This document shows, piece by piece, positions 48,594-61,096 of a stretch of DNA of 64,000 nucleotides. How positions within the stretch are numbered: the stretch's first letter is position 1; every line of letters begins with the position of its first letter. The position numbers and the translations under genes are program-made. The DNA comes from Phallusia mammillata (lineage: Eukaryota), in NCBI GenBank assembly GCA_965637545.1, contig OZ281495.1, forward strand, positions 4,650,001-4,714,000, read 5' to 3'. Below the pieces are notes generated by a model. The model had not been told where the DNA came from, searched no databases, and saw only the letters and a list, made by a program, of their open reading frames with translations.

Positions 48594-48617
48594 AATAAAA
48601 CAACACGCATTTTTCAG
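48594..48617 (+). promoter_or_regulatory. AATAAA poly(A) signal immediately upstream of the splice acceptor of channel D (same arrangement at 56727-56752 for channel E)
   Basis: AATAAA at 48594-48599 then TTTTTCAG ending at 48617, ATG at 48643; AATAAA at 56727-56732, AG at 56751-56752, ATG at 56778. Confidence 0.6.
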
Positions 48618-48642
48618 GTTAGGTGTATTGCATAAGCACAAA

Positions 48643-49849
48643 ATGGCAACAGTACCAGACCCTTTACTTAAGTTGTATGATCATATACTTGGTACAATAG
48701 TCCCATGGTGGGAAATACTACTGATACTGGCATTTTTTGTTTTGTTGCTAATTGGACAGTCAACTGATGACTACATACCTGGATCAGAAGACAAGTTTAT
48801 TTTCTGCCATAACGGCTCTGAAAGTAGGTGCATGTTGATGGTTTGTGTATATAACTTTCGTTATGGCTAAATATAAAAATACGTTGCGAAAAAAACAAAA
48901 TCAGTCGATGCAAAATTTCGGAATACATGTTCTCCTAAAATTGGCATCGTACTGTAAAATCATGGAGTAAAATAGCAATAAAAATAATAAAAAATACGTT
49001 TTTTTCTTACACGCTTTTAATATGGCAGTTTTCGTCAAGTTCTAGTTGTGGTTTCCCAAAAAGAACTGTTTGTTTCTATGAAATTTTACGTTCCAAGTTT
49101 AAATATTATGAACAAATCAATAATATACTGTATAAGCGAGTTTTTAAAAAAAAAAAAACTGTACTACTAATTAAAACTATTTTATTCCAATAGTGCTCGA
49201 AGACGCCACACTTTGCATTGATCAAGTGCACTGGCTGGATCGAAACTTTGGCAGCCTGATTATCACGTTGACGTTTTTATTTGGTTTTCTAAATTTTATT
49301 TGGCGATTGCACCCACAAGCAAGACATGTGTTGGCAGAATGGAACTTTGTATTTCAACAAATGCCACAAATATCTCCCAATGACATAATACAGTATAACA
49401 CAGTTTTCGGAAAGCCTTCAAACAAGCCTAGAAAGAACCGACCCCAATTCGATGTAATACAAAAATTGAAAACTATTGTAACCAAATCTCACGATGTTGG
49501 TGCTAATCTAAGTCTCATTACTTCGTATTATACCAAATCGGAAGTTACGGGCATTATCGCATTTGTTTTGGCGATTTGCTTATGGTTAGTTCATAGTTCC
49601 TTTACATGTGTACTTTCTTACACACCCCAAGTCTTTCATTGTATTCTAAAATCTTATGAAAGCTATTGTACAAACTCGGGTTTTTGTTTTTGTGTTCTCT
49701 TATTATCTTATGTAATAATGTGTATTGCTGATAAACGGTTAAAACAGTGGAAATTTGGGTCACCAAGGTACATGTTGGAAATGTTGTCAAAGCAAGGCAT
49801 GTCTGATGCTGATCGAAACAAAGCTTTACAACTTTTGGCTGAAAACTAA
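48643..49849 (+). CDS. LRRC8/pannexin-like 4-TM channel lacking LRR domain, copy D (exons 48643-48823, 49194-49849; 278 aa)
   Basis: 181-nt exon 1, phase-1 junction in frame; TIVPWWE, LCIDQVHWLDRNFG, WRLHP, FTC...VFHCILKSY, WKFGSP. Confidence 0.85.
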
Positions 49850-50902
49850 ATAACAGTGTTATTTTTTCTTGAAATGCCATTGAGTGAAACACGTAGGTAA
49901 AACATTTCACTGTCACTTTTTCTTTAGATTTGATCCACGTTGAAACCAAAGTATTGTATAGTTTCAACACAATATGTGTCACAATAAATAGTTGTACTAT
50001 TTATTTTGCTGACTTTTTGTTGGAATCAGAAATCATTCCAAGACTGAGAAAAATAATTCTTTCGGTAATTAACAGTCTTCGCTTAAGTTCGCTCAGTTTA
50101 TGCATGTGTATGGAAAAAATCACTACGAAACAACTGATCAGTTTGGTTGAATACCTCGGTAGCTTTCACTCAGACTGGAATAAATTACCCACTCATTAGA
50201 GTTTCTTTTGTCACTGTTGTTTGCAAAATCAATATTTATACCTACATAAATATCTGCAACAACAATGGCTCTGTTTGTTCTTTCCTTCCTGTATTTTCTA
50301 TTCACTGTCATCTTGCTTCGAGTTAAAAATGAGACAGACAACAATACTGCAATGCTTTTATCCAGGTAACACCTTCTATGTTTGCTTGTTCGCTTGATGA
50401 CACTTTTCACATGAAGTGTGAAAATAGAACTACTAACATAATAACTCACAACAGTGTAAGTCTGTTAAGTGCCGATAAGTGGCGTAAAGAGCACAGTTAT
50501 TTTAATTAACAGTGAGAATGGAATAGGGTTAGCAATTATATTGAACGTTAAGTTTGAAGGATGGCTTCATTGTTTTATTATTATTACAAAACTTTCCCCC
50601 AACCCTAGCAGCCCCAACGGTCAACAATTCCACAAATTGTTTGTAAATATTAGCAAAAGCTCTTTGATTCATCCATCGGTATTTAGCAAACATCTTAACA
50701 CTTTTACTTTGGCGCTCCCTTTAAGTGTGCAGTCATTCGTGAACGTTCTATAGTTGGTGTTGGTTGGAGGTGGAAGTACATTGTTGTGCTGGTATGAATT
50801 AGAAAAATAAACAATTGTACATGACGTATTCGTGCGTTCCTCCGCCCAGCGCCAAAAAAAAAAAACAATGAACCAGACAAACTTTGCAAACTATATTTTT
50901 AC

Positions 50903-51335
50903 TAGTGATGCACCGAACCCTCCTAAAAAGGTTCGGGCCGAAACCGAATATTCGGCCTCTTCGGCCATGAGGCCGAATAATTTCGGCCGAATCAGGCCGA
51001 ACCTAAAATCCCCTTTCTTATGGATGTTTTCAACTGAACTTTGTGTTGTTGGTGCGAGTGAACTCAATTTTGACAAACTAAAATCACTTTCACATTGTGT
51101 AAGATTTACTAAACATCTAAGTTTTTGCCGACACAGTGGCTCTTATAGATACAACAAATAGTTAATTTATGATGTTTCGTATGGGCGAAAATGAAATCTA
51201 AGGCCTTAATTCCATGCAATAAAAAAGTTCGGTTTCGGCCGAATTTTCAAAAAAGTTCGGGCCGAAACCGAAACATTGGAAAACAACGGATTCGGCCGAA
51301 ATGTTTCGGCCAACCGAAACTTCGGTGCATCACTA
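50903..51335. mobile_element. hAT-type MITE with TTCGGCC repeats
   Basis: Perfect TIRs TAGTGATGCACCGAA / TTCGGTGCATCACTA; perfect TSD ATTTTTAC. Confidence 0.92.
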
Positions 51336-52199
51336 ATTTTTACCGTTTTACCCGCCGAATTAGTAAAAGCAATCTGGATTTTGCTTTTTTCTTTATTGTT
51401 ACGTAACAAAGCGCCTGCCATGATTGGTGCAATCTAATCACGTTTCACAGTTTCTTTCTGTGCTGTAAGCAGCCTTCTTTTTTAGAAATATGTGTAAGCT
51501 TACTGATCAATTTATTGTGGGCGGCTACGTGCAAAAGAATGCTAAACAGTAATGAACAGTGATTAGTTTTTAACCTGGTTTTACAACAAGTTGGTACGTT
51601 TGATTGTATGTAATTTTAATGTCGTGCTAACATTGTGGTGAATAGTGAAGTATTGACTTTCCTAGTGTCACATGTTTCTGTGTGTAACTTTATTGGCCAT
51701 TTTGTGTGTGCATATTACGTTAGATGATTATGACACTTTTCTGTTCGCTTTCACAGAGAACCAATGCTGTTCACAAAACGAAGGAATATACCCGTCAGGC
51801 AGTGTTGATTTCAAAACGATTTGGGCAGCCCTTGTGCAGTGGTCGGTGCAGATCCAGGCAGCACAGATTGTGAAATAAATTAAGGCCACTATAGAGTAAA
51901 CATATAATATTGGTTAAAATTTGTTCTAAATGAGCAGAGCTTTTCTTATTGAAGCCCCGGTAAAGAACATAAGTTTATGACCCGCTGTTGCCCATGTAAG
52001 AATCATATCAGCTTTTGGTAAAATCGGAAACTAAAAACGACCCCAGCAAACATTAAAATAACGTAAACCAAAAATATTAAAGTAATTCTTGGCAACATCT
52101 CTGCTCCACAGGAGTTTGTACGAATTTAAGACTTAACAAACAAACATTGCCACCAACCAGTAAAAAATCAGAAAATCACATGCAAAGCTTGTATCCAGG

Positions 52200-52709
52200 T
52201 AACACATTCTATTTTTTTTTGTTCGCTAGATGTCGCTCACACTACATCACGTTTTAATTGCTTCAGGTAACCGACGAACTTATGGTTTGCATTTAAAGTG
52301 TTGTTCGCCGACAGAAGAAAACAATAAAACAAACACACATAAAGCAAACAAAGGCGATTTTGAGTTAATAAAACTTTGTTACTGAGATTTGAAGCGTTAA
52401 AGTAGGATACGTAGGACTAACATAGAAGAATAAATGGCATTAAAGGTAAGACTTAGTTCACTTTTTAAATTTGTCAGTCCTAAATAATAGTATTTGTAGT
52501 TTATGTTACAGTACGAGATGATAGCGATACATACAACAACACTCTTTTCCTGAAAAACAAGTTGAACCAAACTTAATGAAAACCACATAACACCGTTTTT
52601 TGCCGTTTCCGTATCGTTCTCTTCTTTCTATGACCCCCTGGAAAGTTTGACGCTGTATATCATCCTGAGGAACGTCATAAATTCGAGAAACGTCAAAAGT
52701 CTCAGACGC
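52200..52709 (-). pseudogene. Decayed duplicate of the last exon and 3' flank of the EF-hand gene
   Basis: TTTTTTTGCAG|GCGTCTGAGAC..GAATTTATGACGTTCCTCAGGATGATATACAGCGTCAAACTTTCC matches exon 61242-61097 with TGG->TGA and an insertion; downstream flank matches about 60620-61090. Confidence 0.8.
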
Positions 52710-52808
52710 CTGCAAAAAAAAGTGTTATTTTCATTATCGTCATAATTTATTTGTGTTCCTATTAAAGAAATATTTACCACTTTACAACCGACATGGAATA
52801 TACCGGCA

Positions 52809-53016
52809 CAGAGTTGTAAGTCGGGTCGGGTTGGACCAGACCTCATTTCAAACAGCCCTAAAACGCCTTTGTCTATTGTGTTTGTTGTCTTGGTCTTTCC
52901 TGGTGCTATAATGTATAGGCCTGTCAATCAAACTTTCGGGCCTAAACGGCTTCTCAAAAACGAATGGGATTCGGGCCGGGTTTCGGGCTCCAATTTCAGG
53001 GCCGTTTACAACTCTG
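52809..53016. mobile_element. hAT-type MITE
   Basis: TIRs CAGAGTTGTAA / TTACAACTCTG; TSD TACCGGCA/TACTGGTA. Confidence 0.75.
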
Positions 53017-53842
53017 TACTGGTAAGTGCAAACCATTACATGTTATGTGAAAGTTTACACTTTTCAGCAGACAGTCTTTTTTTTCACTGGGTTTGAAGCC
53101 AAAAAGCTCCCGAAGACGAAACCTAAAGATTTGTTTGATATGGGTTAAGCGACCTAGACCATTCAGCCAAGTTCTTTTCCGAATGGGTCGTGTTTGCAAA
53201 TGTAACCTGACTAGAAACATTATGCATTGTCTGTGGGCAATGATTATTGTATTAGGTATTTCCTTTCATACTGAAATAACATCATTTAGTGGAAACCACT
53301 TTAATTTCCAAGCAGGTGCTTGGTCATTGTGGATGTTCTTCCTTCGTGGTGTTTGTATAGGTTCCATTCCGTTTCGGACTCAAATCAGCTATGACGTTAC
53401 TGGATAGCACGTGACTGCTCATGTTTATCGTGATGTCATGCAGCATCGCGATTCAACACTTGTTGGCATATTTCTTGGAGAAGCGCAACCAGTGGTTTTG
53501 TCGGGTTTTTAGTAGCAATAGGCCTATATCGGTATTGGCTGTTGATTGTTAAGGAGGTCAAAATCTCTTTTTACCCCGCCAGTTGCATGTTTTGTTTGTT
53601 TTCTGTTGATCCGTTAAATCATTTTTCATTTGATCGTTTCGCCTTTGGGCAATCAGTGACTTTAGTTAAGTATAATCCATCATATACCATTTCCAGTGCA
53701 TTATTAAGCGGTCAGAATGGGGTGGCAAGCGTCTTGGCAACTTCATGTAATGACACAAAGCCTTGCTGATAACGAATTTATTAAACATACATTTTTAATT
53801 GGTACTTAAGCTCATTTTTGTATGTGTTGTTTTAACATTTAA

Positions 53843-54538
53843 GGCCCGTTTACACTATGCGTATCGCGCTCGCTCAGACCTGCGTAAGTTTGTTTGTTTC
53901 ATTTTTTCTGTCTGGTCTCGCGCTTTTTTTCGGGCGCTCAAGTCTCGTAGAAATGAGCGAGCGATCGCCTGCCGAGCGTTTTTCTGCGTATCAAGCTGCT
54001 TGAACCTGCGCAAACGGTTTGTGTTATCGCTGTGTGCGGGTTTGTGATTTGAAAACGTTGGCTCATTTGCCAAAAATAAATGATGACACGCTATTTGCCT
54101 TCAATTTAAGTATTTATTACATGGTTACGATTGCATGTTATGTTTTATTGTGTTTAAATATTGTAATTAAGTGCATTTAAAATGTACATTTACCCTAGCA
54201 CAGCGGACTATATGTCATAGAAACATGAAAATGAGATAAACATGCCACCAATCTATACAACAACATCCAGAGCTATCCTGTATGATTACCAAGATGCAAA
54301 ATCATGTTTACTAACAAAATATGATTTAATTTAGATTGATACAAAGCTTTTTCGATCTAAAATAGGTAACAATAAATTTATGTGGTAATTTATGGTCATC
54401 GACATTTGCTGTGAGCTGAAAAATACGTCTAGTATATTATTTAGTAAGCTTAGGTACGCACCGATAATCGCAGTGTAAACGGAAGGGGTCGCAAGGTAAG
54501 GTTAGGTTAGGCGCCACTAAGCATAGTGTAAACGGACC
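53843..54538. mobile_element. Non-autonomous DNA transposon (PIF/Harbinger-like termini; superfamily uncertain)
   Basis: TIRs GGCCCGTTTACACTATGC / GCATAGTGTAAACGGACC flanked by TAA/TTT. Confidence 0.65.
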
Positions 54539-56206
54539 TTTACAAGCTGAGAAGCAATAGCTTTTTCGACATGACACGAGTCTTGGTATCATGATAATCT
54601 GGCAACGCAACACCTCTGGTGATGTTTTTAATTAGAATGTTACATCAGCTCAAGCGCAGTGGCTCAAGCAATAACAAGTAATTTTTGCATTTACATTATA
54701 CGTAGCATGTCAAACCTACGCATGTACTGGCTCATGTGTCATGTCTTGGAAAAAAAGAGGGATTGACTACCGAGATTTTTTCCGAGTGTTCCGAGCCTTT
54801 TCAAATTCAATTACTTATCACATACCTATAATTTTATGTGGTGTTTTTTGTATGTTTGAATATTGTAATTAGGTCTAGTTTTTCGCAAAAAGAATATATA
54901 AAATAACAAATGTAAGTTTTGTAGCTACAACAATGTCAAAGAAAAAGAGGTGCAGTGCTAAGCAGAAAAGTTTTACCCGCACATTTGAACAGGAGAACTT
55001 TATTTAAATCAGGGGTTCTTAACCTTTCATAGACTGTGTCCCCCTAAGTAACCCTTCAGGACCCTGCTTATTAAAAATGCAGATGAAAAACTCAATACTT
55101 ATAAAATCCAGGATCCATCAGGATAACAGATGAGTGGTATAAACTTTAAGACATTGAACTGCTCCTGCGTACCTCAACATGGATAACGCCACTAAAACAA
55201 TACGTTGCGAAATTTCAGTGAAATGTCGAAACAAGAATAGTTAACGGCAAATCAACTTTAGTTCCTGAATCGTTAAAGTTTATTAGCAGTTGAAGTAAAA
55301 GTAACATTATTTGTGGTGGCCTTAATACAGACACGAAGATTAAGTGAGAAATAGTCGATTTAATCAAGAATACGAATGTCCAATAACGCAATAAATCGAA
55401 ATTTAAGTAATATTTGGATATCCCCATCATTCAACGCATTGCGAAAGATAAGCGGGCTACATCACATTGGACAAATGGCTTAATGTCTTTTGGTGGATGT
55501 TTCTAGTGAGCCTACACCTGAAACTCCCATGTAATACAGCTCGTGTCCCCTCTGGGGAGTCGAGAAAGCGAGCGTTTTTTTGTAAAATGTGCGCGAAATG
55601 GACAGGTCAAAATGTGCAGGTGCCAAAATGTGCAGGTCAAAATATAAAATGTTGAACGGTAAAAAAAGAAAGAAAAAACCCAAATTAAAATAAGATAAGG
55701 AAATAAATTTTCTGATAATGCTAAAAAGCAGTGCCCATTCTGCACGACATTTTTGTTAAAAATAAGTGTCATGTTAACATTTTGACCTGCACATTTTTGC
55801 GCACATTGTGCAAGTATTCGTCATTAGCCCTGTTGTCCCTGGGGGCGATGGGTCCTGATTAACAACCGCTAATTTAAATGGATCAAGTTGAAATTGTGTT
55901 TATTAAGGTTATAGTAAGTAAAAAAATGTGTATGATTTTATTATTTTAAGAACGTAATAGGTTTTTAAATAAACTATCATTTGTCGCTTTATCCCTTTTT
56001 GCTGTCCCAAAATATCAAAACAAACCTTACATTTTTTAAACAGCACCATTGCATATTTGAGTCACGATCCGCCAGTAGTCACTTTTAATGGCGTCATAAT
56101 GTTAGAAAGTATTACTAATATTGCGTTACTGACAACAACAACGTTTTATTTATAGGAATTACCTAACCAACTTTAAACGAACTTGGTAAATAATTTGTCC
56201 TAAGCT

Positions 56207-56503
56207 ATGCAGGTTTACGAGTCCTTGGCAGCTTTGCAAAGGTTGACTGAGCATCGCAAACTAAAAGCTTTTAATGATGACGTGGAAATGGCGAAAAAAT
56301 CCCTATGTGATGATCTGAGCAAAGCTGCAGAATTTGACGATTTGGAATACATCAGCAACATTCACAGGGAAGCACAACTCGAACAACAGAAAATTACCAA
56401 ACAAGCGTGGGAAATGTTCGAGAAGAGTTTTGCAAACAACACAAAGATCGGAAAAAACTTTAAAACTTGGGCATCGTATTATATTCCGCAAAGTGTCGAA
56501 TAG
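56207..56503 (+). CDS. Small helical protein S5 (98 aa; cassette 5), close paralog of S4
   Basis: Intact ORF; homologous acceptor ending at 56155, 51 nt before the ATG. Confidence 0.85.
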   Translation: MQVYESLAALQRLTEHRKLKAFNDDVEMAKKSLCDDLSKAAEFDDLEYISNIHREAQLEQQKITKQAWEMFEKSFANNTKIGKNFKTWASYYIPQSVE

Positions 56504-56777
56504 AACATTTTTAAACCAATGCCTTTTGCCTGTACGTTTTTCTCTAAGCGTGATATTTGCAATCTTTTTAGCCGCAAGTTTCTGCCTTTTTCCTTTACAC
56601 ACGTTTTGTGCAGGCGTTTTTCGCTTCATTCTATTATTTCCGATAAAAATTGAGTTATAATTCGGATATTATTACTGTCATGTAGAACCAAGCCTTAAAT
56701 CGCACCTTCATCGCCTAACGTTTGGTAATAAAGCAAATCATGTATTTTTCAGGTTAGGTGAATTGTATAAACACAAA

Positions 56778-57730
56778 ATGGCAACTGTACCAGACCCATT
56801 ACTTAAGTTGTATAATCATATACTTGGTACAATAGTCCCATGGTGGGAAATATTACTGATTCTGGCATTTTTTATTCTGATGCTGATTGGGCAATCAACT
56901 GATGACTATGTTCCTGGATCAGAAGACAAGTTTATTTTCTGCCATAAAACGGCTCTGAAAGTAAGTGCATGTTGATGGTTTGTTGATATACGTTGATGAT
57001 GTTTTATTCTGTAAAGTTTAAAGAGCCAAGTTTAAACATTTACAATCAATTCGTTTTTTTATCAGTGCTTAAAGACGCGATACTTTGTATTGATCAACTG
57101 CACTGGCTGGATCGAAACTTTGGCAGTGTGATTATCATGTTGGCGTTTGTATTTGGCTTCTTGAACTTTATTTGGCGATTGCACCCACAAGCAAGATATG
57201 TGTTAGAAGAATGGAATTTCGTATTTCAACAAATACCACAAATATCTCCCACCGACATAATAAAATATAATACAGCTTTCGACCAGCCTTCAGACCCAAA
57301 AAATCCTAGAGAGAACCTACCCGAATTCGATGTAATACAAAAATTAAAAACCATTGTGACCAAATCTCACGATGTTGGTTCTAATCTAAGTCTCATTACT
57401 TCGTATTATAACAAATCGGAAGTTACGGGCATTATCGCATTTGTTTTGGCGATTTGCTTATTCTTAGTTCATAGTTCTTTTACATGTGTACTTTCAGATT
57501 GCACACCCAAAGTCTTTCATTGCATTCTAAAATCTTATGAAAGCTATTGGACAAACTCAGGTTTTTGTTTTTGTGTTCTCTTTTTATCTTATGTAATAAT
57601 GTGTATCGCTGATAAACGGTTAAAACAGTGGAAATTTGGGTCACCAAGGTACATGTTGGAAATGTTATCCAAACAAGGCATGTCTGATTCAGACCGAAAC
57701 AAAGCTTTGCAATTTTTAGCAGAAAATTAA
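56778..57730 (+). CDS. LRRC8/pannexin-like channel copy E; +2 nt in exon 1 relative to D (frameshifted, or rescued by an alternative acceptor)
   Basis: Close paralog of D. Exon 1 56778-56960 is 183 nt (CATAAAACGG vs CATAACGG). The homologous acceptor ending at 57065 is then out of frame, while AGs ending at 57016 or 57025 are in frame. Confidence 0.65.
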
Positions 57731-58648
57731 CATGCAAATAACATGATTTGTTTACTTGAAATGTCATTGTGTGAAACGCATTGTTAAAACATTTCACTGT
57801 CACAGTTTCAATGGATTTGATCCACTTTTGAGTTTTAAATCAATGTGTCACAATAAACAGTTATACTATTTATTTTGCTGAGTTTTTGTTTTAGTCTGCA
57901 TTTATTTAAAGAATGAGAAAGACACTCTTTCTGTAATAAACAATATTTGCCTGAAGAAACTCACTGTGTTATTAATTTTGAATTAGGTACGTCGAAAATA
58001 TAATAATGACCGGGATCAGTCATAACCGTCCACCAGCGACAACGACAACGATGCTTGTGATACGAGTTTTGCTGGATCACCACTAAGCTAGTGTTGCTTA
58101 GTTCGTAGTGCGCGAGTCCCAGAAGAACTCACGTCGTGGGTTTAAATCCCACCACAGTCTAGATTTTCCGCCTTCGCCGCTTTGCCATTTGAGAATACTT
58201 TTTTTACACAGAATATACAGAAAAGCGAATAAAATTAAGATTGAGCATTTATGGCCGAAACTCTTGCACGTGAATACTTGGTGGTCGGCTGATTTAGTAG
58301 GTCGCTAAAGCGGTCGAAGCAGCGGCGCTAAGTCCGAGAGTCGTGTTATAAACGCAAAAGTGGTAGAGGCATTGATACAGGCGGGCAATGACAATAACAG
58401 ATAAAAACTAAATGACACGCTTCGAGGCACATGACTGATTCCGGTAGTGACGTCGCTACAATGCCTTCAATGGACCTGGCGTAGTATGATTAATGTTTAA
58501 TATTAATCGAAAGATGCAGATACATATGTGTGTACATTTTATACCGTTGATTCTTTTGAATCGTGTGTGCACATATAGGCGCCGACAGAAAGTTTTGGGG
58601 CACATTTAGACAAATACTCACGATTTAAATAATAATGTACACATAGGG

Positions 58649-59566
58649 CAGGGGTGGGCAACATACGGCCCGCGGGCCGGATCCGGCCCGCGACGGGATT
58701 TTGAGCGGCCCGCGGACAGTTTCCGGTCTTACATGATAATGTGGCCCGCGGCCACAGTCTGCCGCAATCCCCCATTACTTACTTACTACGTCAAATTACA
58801 GTTGTAACGGACAGTAACGCTCCCCAATAGCAAAAAAAAATCCATTGCACCATACGTCCATTGTTACGACATAACTACCAACCTTGTGTGTGTCCTACTT
58901 TAACGGTTTCCTTTGTTTCCACACGTATAGCCTAGTTCAGGGGTGGGAAACCTGCCGCCTAAAGGCCACATGCGGTCTTTTAGGGCACTAAGTGCGGCCT
59001 TCGATGGCAAAATACATTTTTAAGATGTTGATATAACCGACTGCACCAGGCGCTGAAAAAAATAGACAGAAACGTATTTTTGATTTTATTGCAGATTATT
59101 TTTTGATTTGTTCCAGGGCAGCGGTTTTCAAACAAGACCCATGGTCCCATAGTGGTACATAAAGCGATTTCCATAGGACTACCAAAAACTCCAGGTTCAG
59201 CAATTTTAGGTTAAATAAATCCTGAATGTTGTAGTGAAGATGAAAATGTAGTGAATTTTAATTAGCTTGGACCGTAAGTCCCACAAACTACGAGGAAATA
59301 GCAAAACGACCATTCTGTAAGTCAAAAAGTTTGAACATCACTGTCCTTGGCCTGGGAAATAGTCTATGCGGCCTACACGAGTGTCGATAAATCGTTTGGT
59401 AGCCTTTATAAACAAAAAGGTTTCCCAACCCTGGTTTAGGTGGTCAAAAATCCGTTTTAAATCATTGGATAAATACGCGATTAATGTATCGATTCAGGAA
59501 TCCGGCCCGCCAAGTACTTCATTTTCCCATATCAGGCCCGCCGAATGGAGAAGTTGCCCGCCCCTG
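58649..59566. mobile_element. hAT non-autonomous element containing a nested older MITE (58938-59433)
   Basis: Outer TIRs CAGGGGTGGGCAAC / GTTGCCCGCCCCTG with perfect TSD ACATAGGG; inner TIRs CAGGGGTGGGAAACCT / AGGTTTCCCAACCCTG with degenerate TSD. Confidence 0.88.
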
Positions 59567-61096
59567 ACATAGGGGTTGAATGTGTATTGTATTCAAGCAG
59601 TCAATACTTTATTGTGGAGCGGTTAATTAAAGGTACACTAAAATTGAGGGGTGTGTGCTCCCATATGCCCTTACGTGCCGACGCCCACTGGTGTGTAACT
59701 GTGTGTAAGATTGTTTTCGTTAGGTTTTCAGATGCTGTTCGATTCATACCACGGGGAACAGGAAGTATCAAAGGCGTTGTTTTTTAATTGCGCGCTGCGA
59801 TGTGACGTCAAAGCGTGTTGTGCCTCAAGCAGACTTTGTTTGATTGAAGCGGGTGAAACCTTAGTGCCAAGCAATGCTGCTGAACAACACAGTTAATGCA
59901 ACAGGTTGTAAAAGGCTATAATTGCAGTTTTGTTATTTAGTAATACAAGGTTAGCTTTTTTTCAGATCTAACAACAACTGCTTTTGCTGATTTAAATTGC
60001 AAAAAGTAGGCAGAAGCCAAGGTTAGGTATATGAGAGATGTTGAAATTCGATTGCAAAGAAGAGACCGACAATTTAACTGCTTTTTGACAAAAAGTAACT
60101 TTTGTTTTTTGTGTGTGTCTTGCTTGACTAATAAAGTTACTGCGCTGAAATTACTATTTATGGTATAATTTTTACCCTTGTATGTTTTACTGCATTTTTG
60201 TGTTACAAATACTTTTTGTTTTTTTCTCTTGTAAAGTAGCTGTGCTATTGGCGACCTATGTGGCAACTAATCACATGGTTTTCTTATAGTGCCAACGGCC
60301 GTTTTTCAACTAATGATATTTCATAATTTTCTATGAAAAGATTTTTACAATTCACAAGCAAAAGTGTTTTCAAAATTTGTTCCTGGAAAGCGCATAAAAG
60401 ACACACAAGTCGACAGAGATAAGAAATAAAAGGTTTAAGTTACAGCCGTAATAAAATTGCTGAAGCTTTTAAGTGATGCAGGTAGCTGCTGAATGAGTAC
60501 GAGAGAAAAAGCTAATGTGGAGATCTTAGCAGAACTTTAAATAGCTCTTCAAATGATGTTAAACTAACTGAACAGCAACCAGGAAAAAACATTTGCAGAC
60601 AACTATGCAAGATATCTGATTAAGGTAACCTATTTTTTGTTCGCTAGATGTTGCTCATGTTACGTCAAGCTTTTATTGCTTCAGGTCACTCAAGTACACA
60701 AAACGGCTGTTGAAGATCTGACTGCTCTACAAAGGATGGATAATTTCTTTGTCGATTTTTTTACTTTGTCAGTAAGATTTGAAGCTTGGTACTCAAAAAC
60801 ACGTACGTATTACGAAATGGATTATTTTACAACCTGAGAGACAACATTGTTTTTTAATACTTAAAACATTAACCGTAGCTCATCAAATTTTTTAGGTATT
60901 AAGGAAGGGGATAACAATAAATAGCATTAAAACTACAAATTTAGTTCAGTATTGCAGTTTGCCAATGTCTAAAAAGAGGTGTGGTTTAGATGATTCGGAT
61001 TACGACATAATATACATTCAACAACACTCTTGCTCGGGAAAAGTTCTTTTAAGTTGAACTAAAGCCTAACAAAAAACATTTGGCTGCGAGTTTATT

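Noticed and set aside
50832-51421. ORFs at 50832, 50891, 51191 and 51206
   Set aside because: They fall within a TIR/TSD-bounded MITE made of TTCGGCC repeats and show no transposase motifs.
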